From Epithemia pelagica (lineage: Eukaryota > Protista > Bacillariophyta): a stretch of DNA of 64,000 nt. The stretch spans positions 1,364,001-1,428,000 of the forward strand of contig OX337233.1 of the NCBI GenBank assembly GCA_946965045.2. Direction: 5' to 3'. Below are positions 41,982 to 55,200 of the stretch, piece after piece. Positions within the stretch are counted from its first letter, which is position 1; each line of letters starts with the position of its first letter. Made by a program: the position numbers and the translations under genes. The notes under the pieces are model-generated. The model saw only the letters and a program-made list of their open reading frames with translations, was not told the origin of the DNA and made no database searches.

Positions 41982-44900
41982 TCAGTCACGCAAATCTTCA
42001 ATGCTTCCTTCATCTTCTGAAAGGTGACCAACGTTTCCATTTCTAGATACTTGTGGGAGGGAATTTGTAGAACGTGACTGATTGCGAAGGGTACGGTATT
42101 CTTGGATGCTTTCACGAAGGGATGAATACACATTTCGGCGCCTGGTAATTATCTTGTCAACTGCCACAATGTAATCTTCAATCCCCAGTTGATTTGATTC
42201 CACAGCATGGACCAATTCAATTTCTTTATTGGTCTCGTCCACCCAGGTATCAACACCTTCCTTATGTGTCAAAACCACTTGTTGTATAACTTCTGCGGCA
42301 GGGTCTGTTTCTCCAAGTATTTCATCCAGGGTGTTTGAATTGAAACTATGATCCGACGAAGCTCTTGAAAGTGCTCCTGATGTCTTTTTTGGACTTCGTG
42401 CACGATCCTTTTGAGTTTGTTCCCTCTTTGATTCATTTGTCGATCGAGGTTCTGCGGCAGAGCGAAATAATTCATCGAATTCATCCTCCTCTTCATTTCC
42501 ATCTTGTCGCGGTGCATCTTCAACATCCTCCTCAGTACTTTTAGTAGCAGACAGAGCACTGTTTGATCGTCCACCATGGGCTCTGGAGGATGATCGCGGT
42601 TTCGTCTTTTTGGTGGAAGACACTGACGACGTTTGGACCAACGCCGACAACTCGCCCGTGTCGGGGTTCCGTTCTTTGACACGATTTGCATATCGCAAGG
42701 TGTTGAGGGTTTGTTCACAATCTGCAATGTTGGGAGAAACACAAGCAATCATCACCGATCGGCAGGATTCTCCCACAAAGGATTCTTTCAGAACTTGGGT
42801 CAACTTGCTCCCACGAAAGGGAACATGGGCCATGGAATCTCCAGTGGCCAATGCTCGAATCACTTCCTTCAAGGCCAATAAGGAAGTATTGATTTCGGCA
42901 CCCTCCATCCGAGTCTCCTTACTCGATGTGTATGTATCTGCTCCGCGCTCGCTTCCCGCCAGATCAATAAATGTGAGCCGACTAAATTCCGTTCTCCGAC
43001 TCGATGCACGACGGCGAGTGGGTGGAGGTTGATAAATGTGAAGTTGCAACACAGCATGGGAACGACTGCTGTCGGAATTTCGAGATGTTGATCCAGTGGA
43101 GCGATTGCAAGAACCTTCTTCAATCATTGCAATCAAGGCATCCGCGCTATCCAGGTCGTGTTCACTGAGGCCTGGAAACCGAACTTTTCCATGTTGATCC
43201 TCCAAACATTTGATCTGGGTTCGTTTATTGAGCAAATCAAAAAGCTTTCCACCGTAAATCTCAAACAGAGAAACGCACACCGAAAAATGCTCAAAACCGG
43301 GAGTGGCCAATGCTTGAAATATATCCAGAGCCGCCATATAGTAAAGTCCTAAATTGTTCATCCTATTGGCGTCCCTGTTGTTCTGGTTTGTGGTCATGTT
43401 GGAACCCATCCTGTAATAGTCGAACGAGTGAAGAGCCATGAATTGTGAGACTGTTGCTGCGACACACGTACAGTCAAAACTGTATGGTTCCAACACTTAC
43501 ATGGTAAACGTTTTGCCGCTTCCCGTTTGCCCATAGGCAAAGACACAACCCCATTGTCCTTCAAACAGGGGTGGGATGAGATTGCGAACCGTGCGTTCAT
43601 AAATTTGGGTATTGGTGCTGCCTTCATCAAACACATTATCGTACGAAAAGGGGACCGTATCAATTTCCTTGGTCAAATCCACGCGGGTTTTGGGCTGATA
43701 GACCAAGACGCGTCCGTACGGTCCGTAATTGAGCGGATGAATCACATCCACACTGCCAGTCGCAGACTGTTCGGTTTGAGACATGGGGCGTTTTCGAACA
43801 ACGACACGAATCCGCATGTCGTCTTCCTCATCGCTTCCATCAGAGGAAGCCGATGACAAGGCTTTAAAGAGTTCTTCGTGTTCTTCGTCATTGTCGTCCC
43901 TCAAATCTTCGATTTGATCCTTGAACGAAGTGGGGTGATCATAGGTTTCTCTCCGTTGTTGTGGTCCTCGCGACACCACTCCTACTGTTTTTCGTCGGGT
44001 ATCCTCCTTTCGTTTCAGTGGATCCGTTACTCCTCGATTGTTGTTATTGTTGTTCTTGGTGGTGGTACGAGGCCCTGTATCGAACCGTGTCCTCCGACGT
44101 TGTTGACTGCCCATACTCCCAACACTGGTCCGACTTGCGGTCGAACGTTCGGAATCACTCGAATTGTCCAACGATGTTCGGCGTGGTTGCTTGGAATGAT
44201 GTTGCTGCTGTTGATTCGAACGACGGCGAGAACCGGTGGAATTTTGGCTACTGTTGCTCATTCGTCGCTCGACGCGACCACTGCTTCGGCTGCGAGCATT
44301 CTTGGGTGTCACGTCCTCGTTGGAATGGACCTCGTCTTCCCCACTGACACTCTTATTGTCGGATTTGGTGGACGATACAAAATCCATCAACGGAGACATT
44401 GGAAGGATTCGGTCCGAATGAATAATCGAGAGTGATTTCCCAGTTCGATTCGATTTGGGTTGATTGGCTCGCAAACCACTCGTTTTCGTTGTGGTTGTTT
44501 TTGACAACACTGCGGTGGTGTTCGTCCCTGTGTTGCTGCTGCTACTTGTAGGTCTTTGGATGCGTTGTCGCGGGGGTGTCAAACCACTCCCATGCTGTTC
44601 TGATGTGGCTTCGGTTGGTCGTTGTTGTTGTCGCGACCGTGCCGAGCGTGTCCGAGAGGCAATGCTTCCCTCTCGGACAGTGGATGTTGGTTTCTCCTTG
44701 GCTTGCGGCGATGCCACAGATGGCTTCCATTGAGAATCTTGTGCTTGATTTGTCGAATTGTCATCCGCTTCCTCCTGTTGATCCTCTTCCATGGACCGCC
44801 TCTGATTGTGAGGGCTTGTGGTCGTCGTCGTCACTGTTCCATGGTTTGCTTTTTCATCCTCTTCCATGCTATCGTTCGAGCCCTTTGTATTGATCATGTT

Positions 44901-45851
44901 TTGCTCGTTCCCTCGACCCTCCTTGGGAGGTGGTGGACGTCTTTTTGGTTGCGACAGTCGGTCCGAACCTTGTCGGGACATTCCAGCCAGACGAGACGTT
45001 GGTTTCGTGGCGGCCATGCGAGTTTTGGCGGGTTGCTGCAAGGAGGTACGTGGGGCCTTGCTCAACGTGGCAGTCGAGGAAGAAGCGGACGAGGAGGGGG
45101 GAACCATTCGAGAGGTGGGCCGTGACGTACTGTTGTTGCGTGGAGATACAACCGCGGCCGCGGCTTGTACTTTGCGACTGTCCAGTGCCAGAGAATCTCG
45201 AGGCGATTGGGGTGCAAAGGATTCTCCCGTCGCTGTTGTGGACGCGGACGTTTTTGCCGAATGAATCGAGCCACTCGCACGGGTAGAAGCCGTAGACGCA
45301 GGCTTGCGAGGAAACGACGTGGCGGATTGCTGAGGTGCCAGTACGACTTTGGAAGCCAAAACGCGTCTAGCCTCTTGTACTGGAGTTTCGGCTTCTGCTT
45401 GGTCGTCGTCTTCAAAGTCTTCCTCCTCATCTTCCAAGACAGGCTCGTCCTCTTCCTCTTCGGTGCTCGTGACATCGGGTAAGGTCGACGTCGAACGAGA
45501 TTGGCTGTGCGGATTGCTTGGTGGTTGAGACAACTCGAGTGACTGTTGTTGTTGCTGTTGTTGTTTTTCTTGTTGTAGCGTATCGGCCAAGAGCTGATCC
45601 ACTGTCGACGCCACATCGGATTCGTTGGCGTCCCCGTCGTTGCTGTTGCTGTCCTTGTCCAGCGCCATTTTGATGCGAGTAACAAGATAAAACAGTTTGA
45701 GGCGATCATCGGGACCGGAAATGCCCAGAGCAGGGAATACCTTGGGATCCAAATGTGCCAATGCCGTAGGTGTCACAATGCCTGCCGCTTCAAAGGTTGG
45801 CCAGGCATAGGCCAAGCCAACTCCTTTCAACCAGGTATACACCAAACCCAT
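41982..45851 (-). CDS. Kinesin-13 family motor (KIF24-like) with N-terminal SAM domain (2 exons)
   Basis: ATG 45851 with SAM-like VYTWLKGVGLAYAWPTFEAAGI...LGISGPDDRLKL. Motor motifs IRVVVRKRPM, QPKTRVDLTK, FAYGQTGSGKTFTM, SSRSHA, DLAGSERG and EINTSLLALKEVIRAL. Intron 43411-43500. Confidence 0.92.
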
Positions 45852-47368
45852 TCTTCCTGTTCCACAGCGTCTCGACGAGAAACCAGCCAAAGTTGACAAG
45901 TATTCCCAATAAAATACACTCGATTCCGTAAGTAACGTCTCAAGCAGATTTCCACTACTAAGGGAATCAAGTAGCAAATGCAATGATCTCTTGTTTACAG
46001 CAGTGTTGCCAAGGCGTCGCCTCTTTCGACCATGGACAATCGATGGCGTTTCTTTCCCAAAAACGACAGAGCCAAGACTCCACTACTGTTCTGTCAGTTT
46101 TCTTGTCGGCGCTCTCTAAATCGGAGCGGCCTCATGTCGAAAATCATCGAAATATCTTATCGAAGAACGACGTTCAGTAGTGTTTGGTCCACACTTAGTT
46201 CAAATGTACCCTCATTTCTACTCTATAAGATAGAGTAAAATGAGAGCTCGGTCACGCCCGCACCTCTTTCTGTCACATTCTCATCCGCGCGTGTCGGGCA
46301 CCTGGCGCATCTGTACTTAGGATTCATGGACGCCCAGCGCATGTGAATGAGCGGGAGATTCCTAGAGAGGAGGACGAGTCACCTTCCAGTTACATCGGCC
46401 AACATTCTCACAAACTGCAGCAAGATCTCTGTGTGTTCCGCAACAAGATCTCGTTCCGCCAGCAGAAACCACTGGGGGCATCCTCTTGCCAGTCCTGCAT
46501 CACCCAATGAAAGAACGCATGTATGGACAAATGCATTTGTGGGTTATCATCCTTTACAAATGGAGCAAAGTGAAACCGACATCGTTTTCTCCCGAACGAT
46601 TTCTTGGCACCAACTCGCGCTTTGTTGTCTCTCCATGGGAGAAACACAAACACAACATGACAGAGAGAGGGAGGGAGGTACTTCTTTCGACGCCCCTTGA
46701 GAGTATTGGCCCTGAACCAACCAACATGACGATATCAGTTTCGTTTTCTCGTCATGAGATTGCGTGATCCCAGAGTGAGGTTTTGAATATTGCTATGCAT
46801 CCCAAGTCGGAGTCACCGCCTCTGATGGTGATGATAATGATCTTGCAGTGGTATGTATGGCTAGCAGTCACTCATACTTGTATGGACTTGATTCTCTTGT
46901 TGCGGGACGAGCAAACATTCGTCGTTGTTGCTCATGACGCGAAAACGTGGGCATTCAAGCAACCAAGATCCGGGCCATTTCTGTAGAGTCTTTCCCAGTG
47001 TCCATCACTTTGGGGTTTGAGGAGACTCCCTCAACCTTTTTTCGCGCTTTTGATGGAGCACTTATTTGATCGGGCAGAAGGAAACCAACTTGGTTCACCA
47101 GTGTCCAGGTATTCCGAATACAACGGTTTGCGGCGACGATGAACAAGGCAATCCTACCTAGTCTAGGGGTCTGCAGGGGAACACGAATAGCCAATAACAA
47201 TTCATTAGCTAAGGTGGTGTTACTCACAGCAATCACGTGTGTCCGTCTAAGTTAAGCAAACATCGCAACAGCTGTGTAAACAGGGTGCCCATGAGAAACG
47301 CATCCGCCCATAACTCACAGCAAAAGAAAGAACGCGCCAAGAAGAAGCCCACTTCATGCAGTATCTAT

Positions 47369-47971
47369 TTAGAAAGGAGGGACAATGTCATCGACGTTTC
47401 CGAGTTGGTCGTGGACCATAAGACCAAGAATACCCATCTGGGCGGCACGTCCGTTGTTCAATTCAATGGCACGCTTCTTCATCTTGGTGGCATCGTCATA
47501 CTTGTCCCAGCCAAAGTCGATGAAGCCATTACGGAAGTCACCGACAAATTCGTTGCTGCCAGTGGCATCCTTCATGAAGGCAACCTCCAACACACCGATG
47601 AAGGCAATAATTTGGCAGACACCAAAGTTTCCAATGGCCTTGAGGGCGGCGAAACCAGCAGGGACATCGGCGAATTTCAAACCGTCGTAGTTGATATCAC
47701 CATCGAATGTGATTCCGGCCTTTTCAAAGAGGTATCCAACGACGGCCAACATGGCAATACGGCCGTGCTTGATCTCTACATACCGAAGACGGTCAAACTT
47801 TTCTTGGTTGCCGTCCTTGCAAAGTCCCAAGGGATCGAAGAAGCCAAGAGGAGCTTGGGCACCCAATTCTTCCTTGAAGGCCGCGAGACTAGTCGAAGCT
47901 TTGTTCTGGGTGGAAGGGGCAAATGCGGCGGCAGATGCAAGAAAAGCGGTGAAAACGGCAGCAGACTTCAT
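47369..47971 (-). CDS. Lhcf: Fucoxanthin chlorophyll a/c-binding light-harvesting protein (Lhcf type)
   Basis: MKSAAVFTAFLASAAA-FAP bipartite presequence, LGAQAPLGFFDPLGL, EIKHGRIAMLA and ELNNGRAAQMG. Confidence 0.96.
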   Translation of the reverse strand: MKSAAVFTAFLASAAAFAPSTQNKASTSLAAFKEELGAQAPLGFFDPLGLCKDGNQEKFDRLRYVEIKHGRIAMLAVVGYLFEKAGITFDGDINYDGLKFADVPAGFAALKAIGNFGVCQIIAFIGVLEVAFMKDATGSNEFVGDFRNGFIDFGWDKYDDATKMKKRAIELNNGRAAQMGILGLMVHDQLGNVDDIVPPF

Positions 47972-48297
47972 CGTGGTTGCAGTTTCTTTACAAGAAAGGT
48001 GAGAATGTGAACGAAGTTGAAGCACAAGGATCGGGACGAGAAGACTTCTTTTGTGTACCGACGGAGGGATCTTTTGCGAGCTAGCCTGGGTAGCTGAGTG
48101 TTTGTGTTTGGGGGCGGGGGTATTTGGGGGGCTTTGATTGTTGCGAAAGAATGCAATCGCGGATCTTGGTGGGGCTATTGCGTTTTCGCTTCACCCCCAA
48201 ACTTGCACCGGCTAGGATCTGAAGCTTGAAGTGTATCCTGATGTCGCCGAGAATAGGTTGCTCAACTTTTCTGATACACAGAACAAGAAGATCCACG
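47972..48297. promoter_or_regulatory. Bidirectional promoter region between divergent Lhcf genes
   Basis: 326 bp between two head-to-head ATGs. It contains the inverted 9-mer gtttggggg (48106-48114) / cccccaaac (48194-48202). Confidence 0.6.
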
Positions 48298-48888
48298 ATG
48301 AAGACCGCTGTTTTTGCCTCCCTCCTTGCCGTCGCCGCCGCCTTTGCCCCGGCCTCCCAAAAGGGATCCTCCTCGGCTCTTTCGGCTTTCGAAAATGAAC
48401 TTGGTGCCCAAGTCCCCCTTGGCTACTGGGATCCTCTTGGTCTTGTCGCTGACGGTGACCAAGCTAAATTCGATCGTCTTCGATACGTCGAGTTGAAGCA
48501 CGGCCGTGTTTCCATGCTTGCCATTGCCGGTTACCTTACTGCCGAAAGTGGCATCCGTCTTCCAGGAGACATTGACTACTCCGGCACCAGCTTTGCCTCC
48601 ATCCCCAACGGATTTGCTGCCCTCAAGGCCGTCCCTGCTGCTGGACTTGCCCAAATCATTGCCTTCATTGGTCTTCTCGAAATTTCTGTCATGAAGGACA
48701 TCACTGGCGGAGAATTCGTTGGTGACTTCCGTAACGGCGCCATCGACTTTGGCTGGGACACTTTTGATGATGCCACCAAGCTTAAGAAGCGTGCTATCGA
48801 ACTTAACAACGGACGTGCCGCCCAGATGGGTATCCTTGCCTTGATGGTTCACGAACAATTGGGTGTCTCCGTGCTTCCTCCTCATTAA
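48298..48888 (+). CDS. Lhcf: Fucoxanthin chlorophyll a/c-binding light-harvesting protein (Lhcf type)
   Basis: MKTAVFASLLAVAAA-FAP presequence, LGAQVPLGYWDPLGL, ELKHGRVSMLA and ELNNGRAAQMG. Confidence 0.96.
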   Translation: MKTAVFASLLAVAAAFAPASQKGSSSALSAFENELGAQVPLGYWDPLGLVADGDQAKFDRLRYVELKHGRVSMLAIAGYLTAESGIRLPGDIDYSGTSFASIPNGFAALKAVPAAGLAQIIAFIGLLEISVMKDITGGEFVGDFRNGAIDFGWDTFDDATKLKKRAIELNNGRAAQMGILALMVHEQLGVSVLPPH

Positions 48889-49202
48889 GTCCTAGGCATT
48901 GGCCTTGTTGGTATATAAATGGTATAGATAACAGGTATACTAGCGACTAACGCATCTGTGTCGCGAACTCAAAGCACTTCTGCAGGGTATATGCCTAGTT
49001 TGACTACCCCACCACTCCTACTCTACAAGAATTCGCACAGCCACCTTCTCCCCTTAGTTCATGTGGCAATACACATCTAAGAAAGGACAGAGAGTGATTC
49101 CTCTCCAAGCCAGGCAGTTTCAGAGACGAACAATCCAATCTGTGTCCATGAACCGGAAACAAAACTGCTTTTATTACACACCCCCAAAGTGTTATCCCCT
49201 AT

Positions 49203-52200
49203 CTATTTGCCCTTCTTACCAACAGAGAGGCAAACAGAAACATATGCTTCCGGAAGAAGAAGCATTATTCGAATCGCCTCATCCGCGATTTCACCGCCTT
49301 CATCATTGTAGAGCAAACAATTATCAAAAATGAGTATCATGTCATCATAGAATTTTGAGGCCGCATCAGAGCCACTCCCGTATTCGCCTGAAATCACTTT
49401 TTTCCGCATGGTCGCAAAATCCATAGGACATTCAATTATTTCGAAATATCCAGGAGCATCATCTTCAGTGACAGGTTCGGCGAAAACGTTAAACTTGTCA
49501 ATTTTCTTCATTTTCCCCAACATTTCTTTGGCAACATCCGCGAACTTGTCATCTGATAGATTCGAAGGAAGGACCCATGGCCCTACGCGGGTCAAATAAT
49601 CTCGTGCCGCCTTAAACGAACCATCGAGATTCTGTTTAGCCTTCTTCCACAGGGCCAAATTGAACATCGACGATTCCTTTGATTTTTTCGCTGCGTCGCT
49701 CTTTCTCCGTTGTTGATCCCCAACTATAGTTGCTTCTTTTTCTTTGCGTTGAGGTGGCTTAGAAGACTTGTTATCCTTTTTCTTCGTCTTTTTTGGAATG
49801 GGTTCCATCATTTCGTAGTCTGAGTTGTCTTCGAGGAGATCGTTATCCGCAGAGTCTGTGGATCTCTTCCTCTTGGAACCCGCAGCTTTTTTTGCTTTCC
49901 CATCATCAGAGGTTGTGTTTACCGGGGCCTTCATTTTAATGCGAATTCGAGGCTTGCGAACAGCTTTCTCAGGGACAGATTCATCAGTTTCAGTTTCGTC
50001 TGGGTCCTTGCCTTTCTTCTGTTTCATCTTTTTCTGATATCAGATTAGACGTGAGGTACTTTTGATACTCGGTGATATTGACATGACATTCCTTACCTTC
50101 TTTTCAGTCGTTTTAGGTGCAGACGAACTTGCACCATTATTATCCCCATGCCCACTCTTGACTTTCTTCTTGACTTTCTTAACCTTTTTATCACCTTTGT
50201 CGTCATTCTTATTTTTCTTCTCAACCTTCTCGTCGTCAAAGATCTCAAGAACGGCTCCATCCTCCGCAAGAAAAAGATTGTGCTTTGTTGCTGCGTCTTT
50301 CAAAATCGTTGGTCTCATTAGATGCTGTTGCCGTGCCTCTTTGACGATGTCTGATGTGGAAGCATTGAACTTCCGGCAATTCTGAAGGATCAATATGAAG
50401 TCTTTCTGCATCGCCTGAGCGGACCGATATTCACCATTGTCCAGTTTCTTCTTCATCGTGCTGTAGTCCATTGGCTTTTGGATCTGTTCATAGTATTCAG
50501 GAAAGTCGTCCTTAGAAACTGGCTCCGAGAACACACCGCCCTTTGATTCATCATACTTCATAACTTCTTCAAGAACAGTGGAAAGTACTTTCTTTACCAC
50601 ATGTCTAGGGAAGACAGGCCAGGATCGCCCTGCAGCGGTTGCTGCATCGTCATCGGCACCCCAGACACGACGACGTCGAGCTTCTTTCCGACTAATGGAA
50701 TCCTTTTTCTTGGCTGAAGAATCATAGATATCATCACCTACATCCGACCAATCAGCTTCAGAATCAGAATGGTGGAGATACCCATCTTCTCCAATATATT
50801 CGCCAGAAGTGCGTTTTCTCTTCTTTGAGCTAGGTTCTTCCTCTTCGGTTTCTCGTTTCCTTCGAATCTTTCGCTTCCTGCCAGCGATCCGAAGGGCTTC
50901 CGGGATGACGTTACCTGATTCTTCTTCATTTTGTTGTTGGCCTGGTTGAAATCGTGTATCGGTCGTCCTACATCTTCGTCTTCGATCTCCTTCAAGACGT
51001 TTAAGAAAATGCCGAGCTTCACGTCTCTGTTCCTCTGAAAACACTCTCTCCTTCACCGATATTGTAAGTAACAATTTCTGACAAACATCTTTTTCTTCTG
51101 CTGAAAGCCCATCGTCTTCGTCGTCATCTTCCAGTATGCCCTGCATCATGCCCTTGAAGTCACTCATGAACTTGTGGACCTTTCTAACGCTGGTTCGGGT
51201 GAGTTTTTCATCCTGTTTGCCCTTCGATCGTGGTTCATCGTTATCTTCAGGATTATCTCCTTCTTCTTGGTCAGACTTATCCTGGTCTTCTTCCATTGGT
51301 TCGGGGGGTTTCTCATCTTTCGCTTTGTCTCCAGACTCTTGTTCCTCACCTTCAGAGGCCTTCTTCTTCCACCTGCCACGCCCACGCCCAGGACCGCGAA
51401 CACGTCCTTCAATCTCATCCAGCAAATCGTTTAGCTTTTTCATCATGATCGAAGGCGTGACAAAGTCGGGCATCACTTTCTGCCAGAACATTGGATCATC
51501 CATGTCAAGTTCATCTCCACCGGCTTCGGCAGAGAACCGCGATTTGCTAACTACCATGCCTTGCTTGTTCAACCAAGAAGCAGTTTTCGCTCCTTCCACC
51601 ACTCTCGTCCTCGTTCGTTTTGCGAGGATAGCATCGATGTCATCGGTGCAGAACTGCTGTGTAATTTCGTCATTGTCGTCGTCCAGTAACGCATACGCAC
51701 CCCTTTTGAGAAGCTGTTCCATTTCCTTCTGAGATGGTTTATCGTCTTCTTGCTCTTTCTCGAAAGTACCAAGCACAGCTTGTTCGAGTCCAAGCTTTTT
51801 GCTGGCTCGCTCAAACATCTCTTGTTCGAAACTTCGACTTGTTATCAAGCGGAAAACCTTGACTTCTTTCGATTGACCGATGCGATGACATCGGGCTTGT
51901 GCTTGTACGTCGTTCTGTGGATTCCAATCACTGTCGAAAATAATACAGATGTCTGCGGCCGTTAAATTAATACCCACTCCACCTACAAACAGAAGAATGT
52001 TTTGCATTGTCAAAGACCGTTCACACACTCGCAGCACATGCGAGAACCAGGAACGACCAACTTACCTGCTCTTGTACTTAGCATGAAAATGAAACTATCG
52101 TCCTCTCGCTCAAAACGATCAATTGCCTTTTGTCGTTCAACACCACGGATTCTTCCATCAAGTCGTTCAAAACGGAAATCGCGGAACTCGCAATATTCTG

Positions 52201-55200
52201 ACAAAAGATCCAGCATCTTCACCATCTGACTGAAAATCAGCACTTTATGACCTTCTTTGTGCAACTTTGGAAGTAATTTGTCCAAAAGGACCATCTTGCC
52301 GCTCGTCATGATGTACCCATGCTCATTCAGCATACGTTGCTGCTCCTCTGCTGATTTCCCGCTAAACTTTCCATTCTCAAGAAATTCTTTGAATTGCCTC
52401 TCGGACTCTCTATGCTCGACACCCTCCAGGAGAAATGGATGGTTGCATACTTTTCTAAGCTCCATCTGGATGTTCATCAATTTCGGAGCTGTTTGTCTCC
52501 CCCCTCCCATGTTCAGAAAGGCGTGATTGTGCTCGAAAATTGCTCGATAGTACTGCTTTTGAATAGCTGTGAGTTCAACGTCAATCACAGTCTCTTCCTT
52601 CGCAGGGATGTCTTTCGCAACATCTTCTTTCACGCGTCGAAGCATGTACGGAGATATCATTTTCTGTAAGTTTTCGACCTGCTCTCGACTTGCCATATTG
52701 CCGAAACGCCTCTGGAAATCATCAATATCCGGGAACTTAAAGGGCTCGATAAAATTCAGAAGCGTCCAGAGTTCTGTGAGATCATTCTGGAGTGGAGTCC
52801 CACTGATTAAAACACGACTTTGAAACCCGTACTGCATCGTGCCTCTGGCGCTAACCTCCCTCATACACTCCAGAAGTTTACCCTTTTGATTTCGCAAACG
52901 ATGGGCTTCATCCACCACAGCAACTCGAAACGGGATCTGACTAACAACGTCGAAGTCGCTGATAAGTGTGTCGTACGTCGTAACAAGCACGTCGAACTTC
53001 AGAAAATCGGCTATGTGTGGTCTGTCATCGTAGTACCATTCATACTCCCGCATCACATCGCGCCAAATTCTTTGCCTGTCATGATAAACGCAACAGACCA
53101 TGTCGGTCCAACCTTCGAACTCACGACGCCAGTGCTCAACCGTTGATAACGGGACAACAATAAGATAGGGTCGACGAATCTTTTCAACTCGGAACAAATG
53201 CTCAATGAAGCAAACAATTTGCACTGTTTTCCCCTGGAATCAAAATAATTTGAGTGGAGAGCATAACAAACAATACCTGCGCTTCCATCGTTACGTACCA
53301 ACCCCATTTCATCGGCAAGAACACACCCCTGTTTCTTGTACCAAGTACTTGCGAGCCAGTTTACACCATCAACTTGATAATCTCGCAGACGGTTATTGTT
53401 TTTGTATGGATGCGGTTCACTTGGGTCGTACAGTTTCTCCCGAAATTCTAGCCACGCCTTTTTAGCTTTCTTCCCACCGGCTCCAGTTGAGTGGTTCATT
53501 CCAGCAGTAACCTTTGCTCCTGTAGGCGCGTAACGCCATTTGTAACCTCCCACCTCATCACCAAGATCTTCGTCGTAATCTCCACTCAAAACCTGACGCA
53601 ATTGGTCTAATCGCAGCTGTAACGTGGCGGCCACCGCTTCGATGTTTGCCCAAACATGCACGGTTTCCCCTGTAGTCACAGACACTTGTTCGACCTTGAC
53701 GGTAGATCGCTTGACAACTTTGGAAGGGGAAGGAGATTGTTCTATTTCATCTATTTTTTCCTCTTCTTCGGGGGGTAAAGGATATTCATCAAAATCTTCC
53801 TCTTTTGGTTCAACTCTGAGAAGAGACGTAGCACATACAAGTTTTGCTTGATCGCCCAACCCGAGAAAGTCACTTTGTTTTGCAGGAAGCAATTCTTGTT
53901 CACTGCCTTTCATACCCTTTTTCTGATTAGACTGTTCCGGTTTCAAATTTTGACTGATGTCACATTCTCTCATGAAAGTACCATCCACACCATCGAAAAA
54001 GAAAGCACAATCCTCGTCACCACCTTCATCACTGGAGTAACCGAGATCAGCATCCAGAAGGCGTAAACCCAGGGACCGCGTATTCTCATGCTGAACAATA
54101 TGTTTCGGTGGATCAGGCTCGGGTTCTGGTTCCTCAATAGCATGTGTTTCTGTCTCTACTTCACTTGGTCCTTTTTCTCGATCCTCCGATGAAGCGGCGT
54201 TCGTTTGTTCTGCTGGTTCAACAGGATTCGTCTGAGATTCTCCAGCCGGTTCAGGCATCTTTTCAGGGGTACTAATGAGGCTTGGGAGAGGAGCTACCTC
54301 TTGGGCTTTGCCTGTGACGACCAGCTCCTCGTCGTCGCTTTCGGGCTGGAATTCTCCCTCGCTTCCTTCCTCAGATTCAGCATCAGAATCATCTTTCATC
54401 CCGCTATCGGCACCAACAGGAAGAGCACCCAATGGGTCATCATCCGGCTTGTGTTGCACCCGTTGAACTATATAACGCTGTCGATCCGAAGTAAATTTCC
54501 TCCTCAGCTCTTCAACTGCATAACGTCCTTTCGACCCCACGCTGGCAAGCTGTCCTTCACAAACTGCGTATTTACTCTCGATGAAACGCATATAGGCAAA
54601 CTTGTTTTTTCCACTCTCACGGAGCATTGCGATGACTTCCTTGAAAGACTTCCCGATTGTACTCGTACCGTCCACTGCGATAATCTTATCACCGACACTC
54701 CGAATCAGATGGTTCCGTTCGGCAGGCCCCTTGGTGCCATCTGGAAACTGACGATACCCGAGAAATGCCACGGAACCATGAATTTCGCCCACGTTCATCA
54801 AAAGACCTTTTGATGTTATTGGAATCACTGCGTCGTATTCACCAGTCATCGGAAGTGGGAGCGATGAGTCGGGGCGACCAAGATCCATGCGTTCACCTCG
54901 GTCTACACGAAACGTTAAATCCGACAAACATTCGGCAACCGTAACTTTACTGGATGTGATCATGAGGGGAAGTTCGTCGCCTTCACTCTTCGCCGAGTAT
55001 CTGGGACCGCATTCTGTTGCAAGCTGAACTGGAGCCCGCGACCCGAATTTTGAAAACTGAAAGCATCTTGTTTGTGCATACAACTGTGCCTTCAAACTGG
55101 ATAAAGGAGAAGGTTTCTTTGATGTGTCGCAATATACGTGTTTAGTCTCTGCCAGAAGCTTTTCAACGACTTCTCGAGAGATGAAAGAGTCATCCGCAAC

